64,000 nt of DNA, from the NCBI RefSeq assembly GCF_018350175.1, contig NC_058368.1, positions 9,486,001 through 9,550,000 on the forward strand, given 5' to 3'. Below, piece after piece: positions 13,960 to 27,898 of this stretch. The notes under the pieces were generated by a model that saw only the letters and a list, made by a program, of their open reading frames with translations, was not told the origin of the DNA and did not search any database. Position numbers and translations under genes: made by a program. Every line of letters begins with the position of its first letter. Position 1 is the first letter of the stretch. The stretch comes from Felis catus (Eukaryota).

Positions 13960-14940
13960 CGGAGAACAAGTGTGATACATTTTGGCAAGGTTTCGATAAA
14001 AGCCAACTGAAAATAGATAAGCATATGAGGAGATGCGTGCCCTGTCACTACAGAACTGGGAATGACGACGGCAATGTTATACTGGGACACGCTTTTCAGA
14101 GAGGCAAAATCACAACACTGACAACACCAGATGCCGGAGAGGATGTGGGACGACCGGAACGCTCACGTGCTGTGGCTGGGGACGCAAACTGGGACAGCTC
14201 GCGTGGAATATGGTTTGGCAGCTTCTTACAAAATTAAACATACTCTTTAGCACATATTCCAGCCACTGCGTTCCTAGGTATTTACTCAAATGAGTTGAAA
14301 ACTTACATCCACGCAAAGACCTGTACATGAATGCTTTTAGTAGTTTATAGCGATTTCTTAAGCTTGGAAGCAACCAAGATGTCCTTCAAACAAACCGGAA
14401 TATCCATGTAACATCCGTGTTAGCCCATGTTAGTTAAAAAGAAATGAACTATCACGCCACAAAAAGACACGGAGGAACCTTAAGTGCATATTGTTAAGTA
14501 TAACAGTATGATTCTGACTATATAACATTCTGGAAATGGCGAAGTGCAGAGACAGTTAAAAAAAAATCAGTGCTGGCCAGAGGAGTGGGGCGGGGGGAAA
14601 GATGAACAGTCAGAGCCAGGAGGATTTTTAGGGCACGGAAACTATTCTGTATGATCCGGTGATGGTGGATATATGACATTATACTGTTATCAAAACCCAC
14701 GCAACTGTACCACACAGAATGAACTTTAATGTACGCTGTGTACTTTAGTAATTATGTAATAATAACGTATCAATATTGATTCAAGTATAACAAATGTATT
14801 ATGCTAAAGCAAGATATTCATAAAAGGGGCTTGAAGCATTGCGGGGCGGGGGAGGGAGCAAAGCAGGGAGGAAGAACTCTCCCCGCTGTTGAATTTCTCT
14901 GTAAACCTAAATTGCTCAAAAAAATAAAGTCCATGAATGA
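13960..14940 (+). mobile_element. Old L1 (L1M-type) 3' fragment
   Basis: Degenerate L1 ORF2-end/3'UTR phrases (ttcctaggtatttactcaaatga, ggaagcaaccaagatgtccttca, aatttctctgtaaacctaaa...aaaaaataaagtc). Confidence 0.8.
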
Positions 14941-16512
14941 AAAAATGGAGGGGGATTCATAAAATAAGATACAGTCATCTGGAAGAGTCACCATACGAAA
15001 TACCCATTTTACAGTGGCGTCCTATAAATAAGTCAAGTATATTTATTAAACCAGTTAGAATTAATTGAAAAGTCTCTCTCATCTTCATCAACCCTGAAAT
15101 CAGTAATATAACGCGTGGCAAACGGAAGAGGTCAGGTTTACCATATGTGATCTTTTAAGAACTGATACTTGGAAAAGTCATTTCTTACTAGTGAAAGGTT
15201 TCTTGCTCTCATTAACGGCAGTAAGTGCAGCAGTGACCGCAGATCAAATATGAACCACAAAGAAAACACCAACAAGCAACACTCTAGAGATTTATTACCC
15301 AATCGTAACCTATGCACAGAGACAGCTAAGCTCATGAGACCAGCAAAGTAGCAGCACAGAATGTAAGGAAAAGCACGTTTAATAAATACAATTTAGAAAC
15401 ATCTTTTTCTTTAAATTAGGGTCAAAATACTGAGACAAACACTGAGACAAAATTCGTAACCATACATAAACCGTCTTAACGTGTAATGATTCCCTGGGAA
15501 CTGTCCCCACACAACGGTACCTGAAGTCGATGCCCTGTTGCCGTATCAACACGTGAACAGACGTGTGTCCACTTTTGTGTGTTTTCAGAAAACACATGTG
15601 GGTTCTTAGAAAGTGGACACAGGAACGGTTAGGTTCCAAGATTTTTCAGGTCATCACATTACTTTGCGTTTATGAAGCCACGAGAAAAGAGGGGGTTGTG
15701 TGTTGTGTTTGAAACTGCTTGTTGAAATGAAACACATCCCAATAATGAAGCCATACCAAAAAGGGAATTAAGATAATCCAGACATGTCACAGAGGCTTAA
15801 TTTGGAATAGACGGTTTTGCAAAAGCAAGTATGTTAAATAAAAACTTCAAGATTTAAAAAAAGGCAGTGGGAAAAGGGCAGGAGGAGAGAAAAGGAAGTA
15901 CTTGAAGAAACAAGTCTGCATAGATGATGAACAGAATTTAAATATGGTTTCAGTTCATTTCCTCCTAAAACTAAGCCTGGGTGACTGAGGTAGACTCTGG
16001 AAGTAACAAGTGCAAAGATTCAGGTTTTCCAAAGGGCAATATTTAGTCATCTCAGAGGTTGTCAAACAAAGGTGCGTTTTATAGTCTTGAACACAAAATC
16101 AAATGGGAGCCCGTTTATTGGAAGAAAACCTCTACGCTAATTCCCTATTTGTTGTGCCAAATTCCCAAAGGTATAACAACCTACACACTGCTGGGGACAA
16201 AGCAGTATCTAGTTGATTTATAGACATAAATGAAATAAGGTTGATCAAGAAATAAGAATGGGAAAATAAAAAGAATAAGTGACATTACCGTAATAGTTTT
16301 CCTTTTTTTTTTTTATTAATAAATCACTTGGAAATTTAGAAATACCATAGAGCTAAAGAGTTGTCCAGAGCCAAAAAAACCTAATAAATATTTTAAGAAT
16401 TATTGTTAATCTGTGAATGTTTAAAAATGTATCTATTATCTTAGGGATTTTATTTTTAACGTACTCCCACAGTTTCCACATTAAGAAACAAAATTAAAAG
16501 CAAATGTCCTTA

Positions 16513-16663
16513 GGGGCGCCTGGGTGGCTCATTCGGTTAAAAGCATCCTACTTCAGCTCAGGTCATGATCTCACAGTTTGTGGGTTCGATCCTCTGTCTC
16601 CTTCCCTCTCTGCCCCTCCCCTGCTCACGTGCTCTCTCTTAAAAATAAATAAACGTTTTTAAA
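16513..16663 (+). mobile_element. CAN-SINE with internal deletion, in putative 3' UTR
   Basis: Head and tail present, middle missing after gggttcga; TSD aaaagcaaatgtcctta. Confidence 0.9.
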
Positions 16664-17847
16664 AAAAGCAAATGTCCTTAAAAATTAAATAAATAAGTAT
16701 GAAAAGCCCAATTTGAAGGTATAAATAGATAAATACAGTAATTATAATGGAGTTTCTAGCTTTCTCTGCAAAAATAAGTAGTGGAGATGAGAATGTAACA
16801 TTTGGGGCTCACATACTTTTGTTCCCTAACAAGCCCTCCAACTGTACTTCCTATTCTTTTCTGTTATGACAGATTTTTAGACTCACATAAATATTATGTG
16901 CATCACAGATTAAGTGGTACGTAAAAAATATACAATCGAAACAGTTAAGGAACAAAAGTTACAAAAAAATGTTAAAAGAATAATTACTACTGTTTCACGC
17001 AAGTTAATGTGGCCCTTTCTCGGAAAAGGCCAGAAAATATCCTTAACATTTTCTGCCTATCACACAGGATACAAGCTAAGGTGATTTATCACTTATGATG
17101 AAGGAAAGAGTGGGGCCCTACTATTACACAAAAAAGACGCAATAATCAAGATTAACACTGAAGAAGCCAAAGCCCACACAAGGTGAAAATACCTGCCTAA
17201 GCCCTTCACTCTAGCTGCAGTCAGAGTGGGGGAGAGTGACACATAATTATGCCAACGGGCTCCTGTCTTACAATTCCCATCACAGATTCAAGAGTGTACA
17301 TATAAGAAACCTCCAAGGCAAGGGTTAACAGCAACTCAAGCTGTGCAAAACCTACAGAATATCAATAACTTTGTGTTCAGAGGAGTCAGGTACATTAGCC
17401 AAGTGGCAGAGTGACAGTCACATTATAAATCTGGGCTGTTAACGCACATTTTATTCTTGACGTGGTTGTATGTTTGTTCATCGGAGATTCACCAGATATT
17501 TGCTCGCCCCCTTTTTGAGTAATTAGTGGTTTCAGCCTATACTTTGACAGTCAAATATCACATCATAAAAACTGTAATCTCAGGGGCTCAACTGAAGCCC
17601 ATAATTATGCAGCTAGACCACATGTTTCCTGTTCCAAGCTGTCTTGGTAGTTCAGAAGATAGAAGTCCAAGCCCAAAGCGTGTTTTTGATCATTCTAGAA
17701 TTTCTACACTGCTACTGACTAGAAGATAAAAGTCTGTGATACCATCGTCTATTTTCCTGCTTCGATTTCTAGAAGGTTTCAGCCTACAGTTAAAAGCCAT
17801 TTATCTGGCGCATTTCATCAACACAAATTTCCTTTAAAAAATAAAGG

Positions 17848-18080
17848 GGGGCGCCTGGGTGGCGCAGTCGGTTAAGCGTCCGACTTCAGCCAGGTCACGA
17901 TCTCGCGGTCCGTGAGTTCGAGCCCCGCGTCGGGCTCTGGGCTGACGGCTCAGAGCCTGGAGCCTGTTTCCGATTCTGTGTCTCCCTCTCTCTGACCCTC
18001 CCCCGTTCATGCTCTGTCTCTCTCTGTCCCAAAAATAAATAAACGTTGAAAAAAAAATTTTTTTTAAATAAATAAATAAA
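17848..18080 (+). mobile_element. Young SINEC_Fc-type SINE in putative 3' UTR
   Basis: CpG-intact body GGCGCAGTCGGTTAAGCGTCCGACTTCAGCCAGGTCACG..., A-rich tail. Confidence 0.95.
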
Positions 18081-18778
18081 GTGATTGTGAGAGCAAAATG
18101 TTCACAATAAACACGGAACGTGCATACACAATTACATGGGTACGTGTTTACCGTAAACATGAACTTTAGGAAATGATTCAGGAAAATAGCCAGATCTATA
18201 ATAGTGACCTTGTTCAAACAAATTTCTTATTTTGAAACATTTAAAGGAAAAAGAGAAACACCTGTAAATATTATCTTTCCAAAGCACACACAGATTACTG
18301 CGCCTCTCCTTTTATGATGTGGACTCATCTCATTAGTTGGAACCAGAAGCCACACGGTGTGATTATACAAAGGGCCCAGAGTCAGTACTGCACGACAACT
18401 TGGCCCAACTCTGTAAGCCACAGAGCTCCCCCTCCAAGGGTCTTGTACACAGTAAGCAACCAGTGCAAGGTGGCTGAACAGAGGGACGATCTGATCAGGT
18501 ATGTGCAAGACAGAATCGCACAAAACTCAGTCCTAACATCACTTTGTTGCAGAGCCCAAAGCACTCGTGTTTTCAGATGAAGTAAAGGAACCAAATCCTT
18601 CTAATTTGATAATGCGACACAGAAAAAAAGCAAAAGACAACAATTTTCTCATTCTGGGTAAGGCAACACCCTGTCTTGCAATAAAGACAGTGGACATACG
18701 ATGTACAGTAAAGGCCGGATAGAAGACCTGGGGAAGCTCCTTGGGATCCTTTAAGGGGTTTAAGAAATACAAAGCATT

Positions 18779-18995
18779 GGGGCGCCTGGGTGGCTCAGTC
18801 AGTTGAGCGTCCAACTTCGGCTCAGGCCATGATCTCACGATTCATGAGTTCAAACCCCGCATTGGGCTCTCGGCTGGCAGCCCAGAGCCCGCTTCAGGTC
18901 CTCTGCCCCCCACCCCCCACCACCCCCGGTCTATCCGCCCCTCTCCCACTCACTCTCTCTCAAAGATAAACAATGAACATTAAAAAAAAAAAGAA
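18779..18995 (+). mobile_element. CAN-SINE in putative 3' UTR
   Basis: Typical head; TSD aagaaatacaaagcatt. Confidence 0.92.
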
Positions 18996-20951
18996 AAAAG
19001 AAATACAAAGCATTTGCCATCCACTGACAGAGCAAAATGAGAAATGAGGGAAATAAAAAAGCACAGCTGACTCTCAACAAAGCAGATAAGCTTCCAGGAA
19101 GCTTGAGTGTCCAAATACTACTTAACTGATAGTTTTTTAAAAATCACGATCACCATGCTAGTATCCGTGAAGAATTTTAAAAAGAAGAAGAAATACATAC
19201 CAACACGAATAACACAAAACCTAGAAAAAGGGTCTAACTAGTCAACCAAAATAGAAGTTTTAGCAATCAAAACACAAATGTTTTAACGACTGCCCCTAGG
19301 ACTTCAGGGGGAAAAAAATATGTTACTAGATGGCAACTATTTGCAAGATTATCTTAGTGTGATCATTTATTTCTTTATTTTAAAAGGTCATGAATAAAAG
19401 AAAACTTATTTCAATTTTTTAAATGAATTAAATAAAAAAGAGTTAAAATAAAATTACGACGCCTTATGATTTTAACTCTTATAATCTATACCTCAGGGAA
19501 GCAGGGGGTAATTTATAGCATTCTATAAAATACTGGAGTTTAGAATCAGACTTAGGTTATCTGAAAATTGTGCAATTCTTAGTAGGGGAAAAAAATCTCT
19601 TAAAGCAAGATACTAAGAGGGTTTTTTGTTACGTATCTAAAAACTTCTATTATTTTTAGTTTTAAACCAGTGGCTGCTCTCCAAAATTGAGAATTCAAGA
19701 TCTCATCAGATACAAATTTTAAAAAGCATCACCATTAAAGCATAGGATGCCCAACCAAAATGGGATAAATGTAATTTAAAACAACTAACACCAGGATATT
19801 TTACTTGTGATTAGACACATCTACTTTCTGGCCTCTTTTGACCGTGACATGTGCAGGTCAGATTTCTATCCTAATCTTATCCTAATGTACACTGTGGTGT
19901 ACAAGTTCTCAACCTAGACAAGGAATAATTCTAAAATTTTCAAATGAACATCATTCATTATGTACAATGTTATTGTGTTAAACAAGCTATCTGGATAATT
20001 ATAACGATTTTTGTTTTGTTTTGCATTAGCCACAAAAGAGTGGACTTGTTTCGAACACCCACGCATTTATTTAGTATATGAAAGTCAAGTTCAGCAAGAA
20101 TCAAACATTGCTAGAGCTGAGGAAAGTAAAGGTCTTATCTATTTGAATGTATTGAAAGAAGAGCGAAAACAAACCCAGAAGTCTAGAATGAAGAAATGCA
20201 TCTGATGCAATCACTACATTCTTCCCATCCTTCCAACGTGAAATGTTAAGTACCAGCAAAAAATACTGAAGCCCAGAGACACCGCCTGACAAAACGTCTC
20301 AAAGACCACGAGGCATGAGGATATGTAAAGCTGAAGAAATGATGAGATGGCTAACAGAAGAAATGGTGGGGGGAGGAAGGGTTAAAATTCAACCATATGA
20401 TAGACGGCAACAGTAAGAGTTGAATTCTAAAGGTTTAACTAACGAGTTCGTTATTTAATTCCAAACTCTCGTTTTTAACAACGAACGAGGAATTTGACAC
20501 AAACGCAGTGTTGCTGTTAAAAGTCAACATATCTAGGTCCCTCGTGTTCAGAGCAAAGAATAGAAGAAAACAAAGCAAAAAAACCCAACAGACGCACGTG
20601 AGAAAAAGAGGTCCCTCTAAACCTTTTGTAAACAAGTTTCTACAAGAGCACGCGGAGTGCTTCCTTCGGCCTCCCCGACACCTTGGTTTGGATGTGCACT
20701 ATTCACATGTGCACATGTGGATACCAGTGCAAAGCCAGGTGGTGGAGACTACCAGGCTCTCTATGTAAGCTCTTCTCCTTTCTCAACTACGGTTATACTC
20801 TCGGTGGTTTGGGGTTTTTTTCTTTTTTTTTTTCCTGTAAGGGAAAAATCTCTCCAATGAGAAGTTTTAAACCTGTTTTTAAAAAAAACTGCAGGGAATT
20901 TCTTCACATTTTATAAGTAAAAATACCAGAAATGAAAGAGCTGACAGAAAT

Positions 20952-21194
<243 letters not shown>

Positions 21195-21964
21195 TTAAAC
21201 ACTTTCAACTGTAAGGAAGTTAACACCAAACATTCAAAAGATCATTTTCTATGTTTTTACGATGCTGCTCAGAATTTCCCATTTTAGAGCTATCTGAGGG
21301 TGCAAGAAAGGTTAAAACAGGATGTAAATGACTTAAACATAAAATGTACTATTAATGAATCCAAAAAGTCTAGGTTAGGCTCAGCTAGTACCAAATTTCC
21401 TTTTCCTCACTTGCTCTTCAAAGACAGCCAAGAAAGTGAGGAAACAGAAGTGAATCGTGAACTACTGAATTGCACACTTGAAAATGAACACATGGCTAAG
21501 GTTAACATAATTCAAATCTTACCCAGTTTGTCTATAACCTAATTAGAGGAGGTAAAGCCAGGAAACTCCTTCTTTGGAACATGAATGTATCTACATATAG
21601 TGGATGTGGAATTCTCCACATGGAGCATTGCTGGGCTACTAAAGGGATGAAATCTAGCTCTTCCAGATCTTATTTTCAGCTCCACTCTGATCAACTGTAA
21701 ATTATTATCAAGGTTTAGAAGAGGCAGATAATGCTCACAAAAAAAGCTAATAGGAAGCCAACCCAACCAAAACTTCAAAATTTTATATATTTTATTATAG
21801 TGATACTAGAAACTACTGTGAGATTATGTGCCGCTAAACTTAGACGCACACGAAAAATACTAGTATACAGAGTGAGAAACAACAGATGTTATAGTTTTAA
21901 AGAAAGGCTACTGATGTCAATTTCAGTACAGTTAAGGAGGTGACAACTAAAAGAAAATCCTCTT

Positions 21965-22156
21965 GGGGCGCCTGGGTGGCTCAGTGGATTGAGTGTCTGG
22001 CTTCGGCTCCCGTCATGATCTCACGGTCCGTGGGTTCGTGCCCCACATCGGGCTTGCTTGCTGTCAGCCTGTCGGCACGGACCCCCTTTCTGATCCTCTG
22101 TCTCCCGCTCTGCTCCTCCCCCACTTGCACTCTCCCCTCCCCCCCCCAAATAAATA
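21965..22156 (+). mobile_element. CAN-SINE (intron 10)
   Basis: Typical head; TSD aaaagaaaatcctctt. Confidence 0.92.
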
Positions 22157-22736
22157 AAAGAAAATCCTCTTCTTTGAGTGATGTAAATTGTCTATAAATT
22201 ATTATGTCACTCAATTGAAAGGGAAATATGTAATATATACTTATATAACATAAGTATGTATTTCCCAGCTTAAAAGGATTGAGTGATGTGAATTATCTAC
22301 AAATTATGATGTCACTAAATTATGATGTTACTAAATATATAAGTATATATTATATACTTCCCAGCTTAAATTGAGCAACTTTGCTTGCTCTTCTGCATGT
22401 GGTAAAATACTACTGACCAAAACGAAATATTCTTTTATGTTGACGCAGCTAGGCTCCAATTTAGGGCTAAACTGACCTTAGCTTGTCAAAATCATTATTA
22501 CCAAGTAAAATTTCTTAAAAACCAAAGACAGCAAAGGGGACCATATTGTTATATATTTGTTCATCTAACAATGACCAAGGAAGCTATGTAAAAAAAAAAG
22601 AAAAAAAGAAAAAAGAAGACAAATGAGAAACCATTTCACGGAAATGGACTGCTGCTCTCACGTCAAAGGTGTTAATAACTACACTGACTTTAAGACCAGT
22701 CCTCATGTCAAATCTATACCTGATATCTAAAAGTCA

Positions 22737-22907
<171 letters not shown>

Positions 22908-24651
22908 TTACTGTTAGATGTTTTACTTCGCAAATCATCTTGATGAGAAACCGCGTATCAACATTTAGGAAAAGAAAGAGACTAATGCAAAAAGGAGTCA
23001 GTAACTCGAGTTCACCTAGTATCACCAACTCATCGCATGACTCAGAATTATTTCACTTCCCGTGTGCCTTGGCTCAATAGCTAAAAATTGAAACAAAACT
23101 CAGAGTTTTAAATACAGATTGTGAAATACAGGAAATATAATGACTTCAGAGTAAATATTCTTAAGATATAAACATACATATTCAAAAAGTTGTGAAGAAG
23201 ATTGTGAAATACAGATTTGAAAACAAAGGGTCTGTGATCCCTCATGAAAAATAAAATCCTTATTAAAAATAAAATCATTAATATTCAACATTAATGTTCA
23301 AGTACTAGACATTCTTTTAGTAAAACAACATTTGGCCTAGTTTTATAAAACTATAGACTACGTGGACTAACTCCCGTGAATCACTTTGCTCACCTTTTAG
23401 TGTGATATAGAAAAGATTTCCTATGATAGAGGAAATCGGCCATCGTCGCAAAAAACATATTAATGTATTTTTACTTGGAGAGCTTGCCCACAGACGTCTA
23501 ATGTTCCAGTACGATGAGAATGTGTATTGTGTAAGCTCTAATGAAGTACAGAATTATTTAAATAACCAATCATGCTCGCTTTTTTTTACCATCAGTTTTA
23601 GTGGCAAATTCGCTATTTAATACAGCACACTAAGAGAATGCAAACTTAGGTTGGATCTGGCTTTCTACTATTTCCTGATATATCAAATTAAATTTAATTT
23701 TCTCCAACTTTTCTTTTGAAAAGTTTAGATTTATTTTAAATCTACAGTTTAAAAAAAAAATCAATGAACACCCATTTATCTTCCATCTAGACTCATCAAT
23801 TGTCAACATTTTGCCATTATCACTCCCTTCTCCTCCTCCCCACTGCTTTCTGAATTGGGAGCTAGCTGTAGGCAATCACGCTTCATCTTAAATTCTTCAG
23901 CATGTACATCCTAAGAACAAAGGTATCCATTCAACTATCACACTTGCCAGGAAATTTAACATTGGTACATTAGAATCATCTAATAGACAATCCAGATTAA
24001 AATGTCCCCATTTTCCCCAGGACTTTATAACTTTCTTAAAAACCATCACACGTTGTATTTAGTTATCTCTTTAGTCGTCTCACTTATCTCTTTAGTCTTC
24101 TTTAATCTAAAGCAGTTCCCCAATGTTTGTTTTGTATTTCATGACATTGACAATTCCTCCAAATGATCATACAGCATATAAAAATGCCTTTGCATTCCAG
24201 TAAAGACCACAACAATTTTGTTTGTGGATCTGAACAGTCAGATACTGAAATGTTTATGGCAATGGAAAGAAACAAGAACAACTAAGACAGTCTGGAAAAA
24301 CAGTAAGATGGGAGGAACTGCTCTATCAGAATTTAAGACTTATTACAAAGCATTAGGACTCAGGTAAATAGATCAATGATACAGAATAGGGAGCCTAGAA
24401 GTAGATCAAAGCATACACTATGGATACCTGATTTATGACACAGGTGGTTCCAGCAGTGGGAGAAAGGATCCCAGAACTGCTATTTACTGGGGGGGGGGGG
24501 GGGGGGTGAAATTGGGTCCTACCTCGTACCATACATAAAAATCAGTGCCAGATATATTACTACCCTAAACGTAAAATGCAAAAATTATGAGCATCTTAAA
24601 AGATAAAACAGGAAATATCTTAATGACTTCAGAGTGAATATTCTTAAGACA

Positions 24652-24652
24652 T

Positions 24653-24681
<29 letters not shown>
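24652..24681. repeat. (GATA)n microsatellite
   Basis: Directly visible tagatagatagat run. Confidence 0.95.
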
Positions 24682-24683
<2 letters not shown>

Positions 24684-24980
24684 TTCAGAAAGTTGACCAT
24701 AAAGGAAAAGATTGATAAACTGACCACATTAAAATTAAGAACTCTAATTCATCAAAAGACTCTCTAAATAGAGTGAAAACACACAAGCTACAGAGTTTGA
24801 GAAGATATTTACAATGTATATAAGTAACAAAGTTCTTATATCCAGAATATTTAAAGAACTCCTACAAAAACTAAAAAAAGATCAGACCACCTAATTAAGA
24901 AAAATGGGCAAAAGACTTGAACAGATATATAACAACAAAATCCAAGTGGCTAATAAATAAAGGAAAATATATTCAAATTA

Positions 24981-25221
24981 CAGTAAAACCTTGGAATGTA
25001 AGTAACTTGTTCTGCGAGCGTTCCGCAAGACGAGCAAACATTTCTAATAAATTTTGACTTGATAAATGAGCAACGTCTTGCAAAACGAGCAGTACGTGAC
25101 ACCAAATGCCACAGGATCACAACTGAGCCAATGGTTCTGGAAATTCGCTTTGATATACAAGTGCTTTGGATTACAAGCAGGTTTCCAGAACGAATTATGC
25201 CCATAAACCAAGGCTTTACTG
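24981..25221. mobile_element. 241-bp Tc1/mariner (Tigger-like) MITE
   Basis: TIRs CAGTAAAACCTTGG / CCAAGGCTTTACTG (13 of 14 match), flanked by TA on both sides. Confidence 0.85.
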
Positions 25222-25626
25222 TATTTAATAATGAAGAGAATAAAAATTAAACCACAGTGAGATAGCACTGTACACCAAGAGGCTGGTATAAATGAAAAAG
25301 GCTGAGGTTTTGGAAAACACTAGGTTTTGGGAAAATGGGAAGCCATAGGAACTCTCACACCTTGCGGGTAGAAGTCTAAAGTGCAACAACCACTTGGGAA
25401 GACAGATAGGATTTATCGACTATTGTTCCAGCTATGTAGCCTGACCCGCAATTCGCTGCAAGGATGGAATGCGGCATCTTAACCTAAGGAAGCTTAGACG
25501 TTTTCACCATGATACAAGTATAAAAATATTCATAGCAGCACTGTTCATAATTGCCTAAAACTGGAAAGAACCAAAATATCCACCAAATAATATGATGGAT
25601 AATCGTGGTACAATCAACACAATGGA

Positions 25627-26249
25627 TATCACAGGCCGAATTGTATCCCTCCTACTAAAGTATTATGTTGAGGGGCGCTTGGGTGGCGCAGTCGGTTAAG
25701 CGTCTGACTTCAGCCAGGTCACGATCTCGCGGTCCGGGAGTTCAAGCCCCGCGTCAGGCTCTGGGCTGATGGCTCGGAGCCTGGAGCCTGTTTCCGATTC
25801 TGTGTCTCCCTCTCTCTCTGCCCCTCCCCCATTCATGCTCTGTCTCTCTCTGTCCCAAAAAAAATAAATAAACGTTGAAAAAAAAAAAAATAAAGTATTA
25901 TGTTGAAGCCCTGACCTTCAATACTTCAGAATGTGACTGTATTTGGAGATAGGGCCTTTAAAGAGGTAATTAAAGTAAAAACGAGGTCGTATGGGTGGGC
26001 CCTAATCCAGTCTGACTGGTGTCTTTATAAGAAGAGGAAATTAGGACACAACACACACACGCACGTGCACACACGGAGGAAGACCACCTGAAGACACTGG
26101 AAGAAAGGCCACCTACAGGCCAAGGAAAGAGGCTCCAGAAGGAAATAACACCTTGCTTGACCTTGGACTTGTAGCCTGAGAAAATAAATTTCTGTTTAAG
26201 CCACCCAGTCCGTGGTACTTTGTTGTGGCATACCTCGCTGACTGATACA
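25627..26249 (+). mobile_element. MaLR solo LTR (MLT1A/B-like) containing a SINE
   Basis: MLT1 phrases (tgtgactgtatttggagatagggcctttaaagaggtaatt, aataaatttctgtttaagccacccagt); ends ...ataca; 5-bp TSD atgga. Confidence 0.88.
25672..25890 (+). mobile_element. Young SINEC_Fc-type SINE nested in the MLT1 LTR
   Basis: TSD taaagtattatgttga. Confidence 0.95.
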
Positions 26250-27789
26250 ATGGAATGCTATACGCAACAAAAATGAACAGCATCTGGAAATCGTAATATG
26301 GATGAATCTTAAAAACGTACTGGAGCCAAAGAAGCAAACTACAGAGGAACACAATCAGTGTGATTCCATTTACGTTTTTTAAAAAAAAAAAAAAAAAGGT
26401 TAAACTTTGGGGATATATTATTAGGCGAGAAAATGATAAGGGAAAAAACAAAGTATTTCCATAAAAGGAATACCAGTGATTACCAGTAGGGGCAAGAAGG
26501 GAGCGTGCTAGGGAAAGAACATACTGGGGGCTTCTGAAGTCTGACAACGTGCCATTTCTTGAGCTACAGAGGTAGTTATCTGCCTGTTTGCCAATTATTG
26601 GATAGATTGAACGAAATTTTAATACGCTTCCATTGTGAGTTCTATTTCTCACTCACACAAAGTAAGACAAGAGCAAAGCAACGCAAAGAGCAGCCACAGT
26701 GGAGAGAGAACCAAGCACGCATTATCTGGGATTGCCAGAAAAAAAGAGTGTGACCAGGCAATCTTTACCTCCAGAATTCCTTAACTTGGAAGTAAGGAGG
26801 CTCCTTATCTTTGTCCATCCCCAGCCAGCAGGCCCATCACTTGAGGTATGGGGCCAAAGAAGTCCTGTACTCAGGTGGCCAGCCAGAGGGGGGTGGGGAA
26901 AAAGAGGGAGGGGCAGGAAGCTCCCAGGTCTGCTGCTACACAAAGTGGCGGTGCTCCCGATGCCTCCGTAAGAACTCCAAACTTAACGTAAGTGTGACTT
27001 CACAGTGCTCCACACACAACGTGTTAGTGTGAATGTTAGTGAACAAAGATCACTCTGCTCTTTTGGTCCTGATACTAGAATTCATTGTATTTGGAAATCA
27101 GAATGTTTAACTGCAGCCTGCCCTAAGAACTCAAATGCCAAGTTTAATATACCGTATTATCCCATAGAAAGAAAGCTCCAGACAGTCACCTTAAATGAAC
27201 TCTGGAGTATAAGCCAGTACTGAAGCCCTAGTTGGAAGCACCCTTTTCCCTCGTAACTATAATTTGGGGAAAGTGACTTCTAATTCTGCTTGTATCAGTG
27301 GTTTGTTAGAAGGTTCCAAGTAGGATTTATCAGCTCTATAAAACTGTATGAATGATATTTAATAACCTTGTGAAAGGATTTCACAAGTAATTAATAGGTT
27401 AATAGTCAAGAACCACCAACACTACATAACCAAGTTAATATACATTCTAAATTTAAATAAACATTGCTAAAAGGATCATACACTTCTTGTGATAACAACT
27501 TCCCTGAGCACACTTGGAGGTCCAGTGCAGAAGAACACGAGTGCACACTCTGGGGCCAGCCCGCCTGGGTTCACTGCCCTGCTCTGCCTCACTGGGTAGG
27601 ATACCCACCATCAGTCAATCGACAAACAAGATTAGAGGAAGACAGAGAAAACCCAGATCCCTTCTATTAAGGAACCTCTGGGAGACAGATAACCCAGGGA
27701 AGTGAAGTCTACACAAGGGAGCCAGGCCAGGCCAAAAGAAGCCTTCAGAGAATGAGTATGCTTTAATGCCAACTTTGAAAAACCAATAA

Positions 27790-27898
27790 TTTTTTTTTAA
27801 GTTTTATTTAAGTAATCTCTACAGCCGATGTGGGGCTCGAACGCACAACCCTGAGATCAAGAGTCGAATCTCTACTGACTGAGCCAGCCAGGTGCCCC
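27790..27898 (-). mobile_element. Short older CAN-SINE (tRNA head plus A tail)
   Basis: Reverse-complement GGGGCACCTGGCTGGCTCAG...GTAGAGATTACTTAAATAAAA. Confidence 0.85.

Larger units (their letters stand above)
15020..20951 (-). other. KATNAL1: Probable long 3' UTR of KATNAL1 (distal end uncertain)
   Basis: AT-rich, mostly unique sequence directly after the stop. Minus-strand AATAAA at 20066-20071, 16114-16119 and 15042-15047, ATTAAA at 15378-15383. An old L1 begins below ~14940. Confidence 0.5.
24190..26650 (+). mobile_element. Old L1 ORF2/3' remnant interrupted by a MITE, a MaLR LTR and a SINE
   Basis: L1 phrases (aagacttattacaaagc, tatccagaatatttaaagaactcctacaa, aaaatgggcaaaagacttgaacag, atattcatagcagcactgttcataat). 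Confidence 0.8.

Noticed and set aside
17834..18217. Recurring ORFs such as ...WGAWVAQSVK... and ...GRGRERGRHRIGNRLQA...
   Set aside because: Translations of CAN-SINEs, repeated at many SINE positions; not genes.
26113..26652. 179-aa minus-strand ORF
   Set aside because: Antisense reading of L1 and MLT1 remnants.
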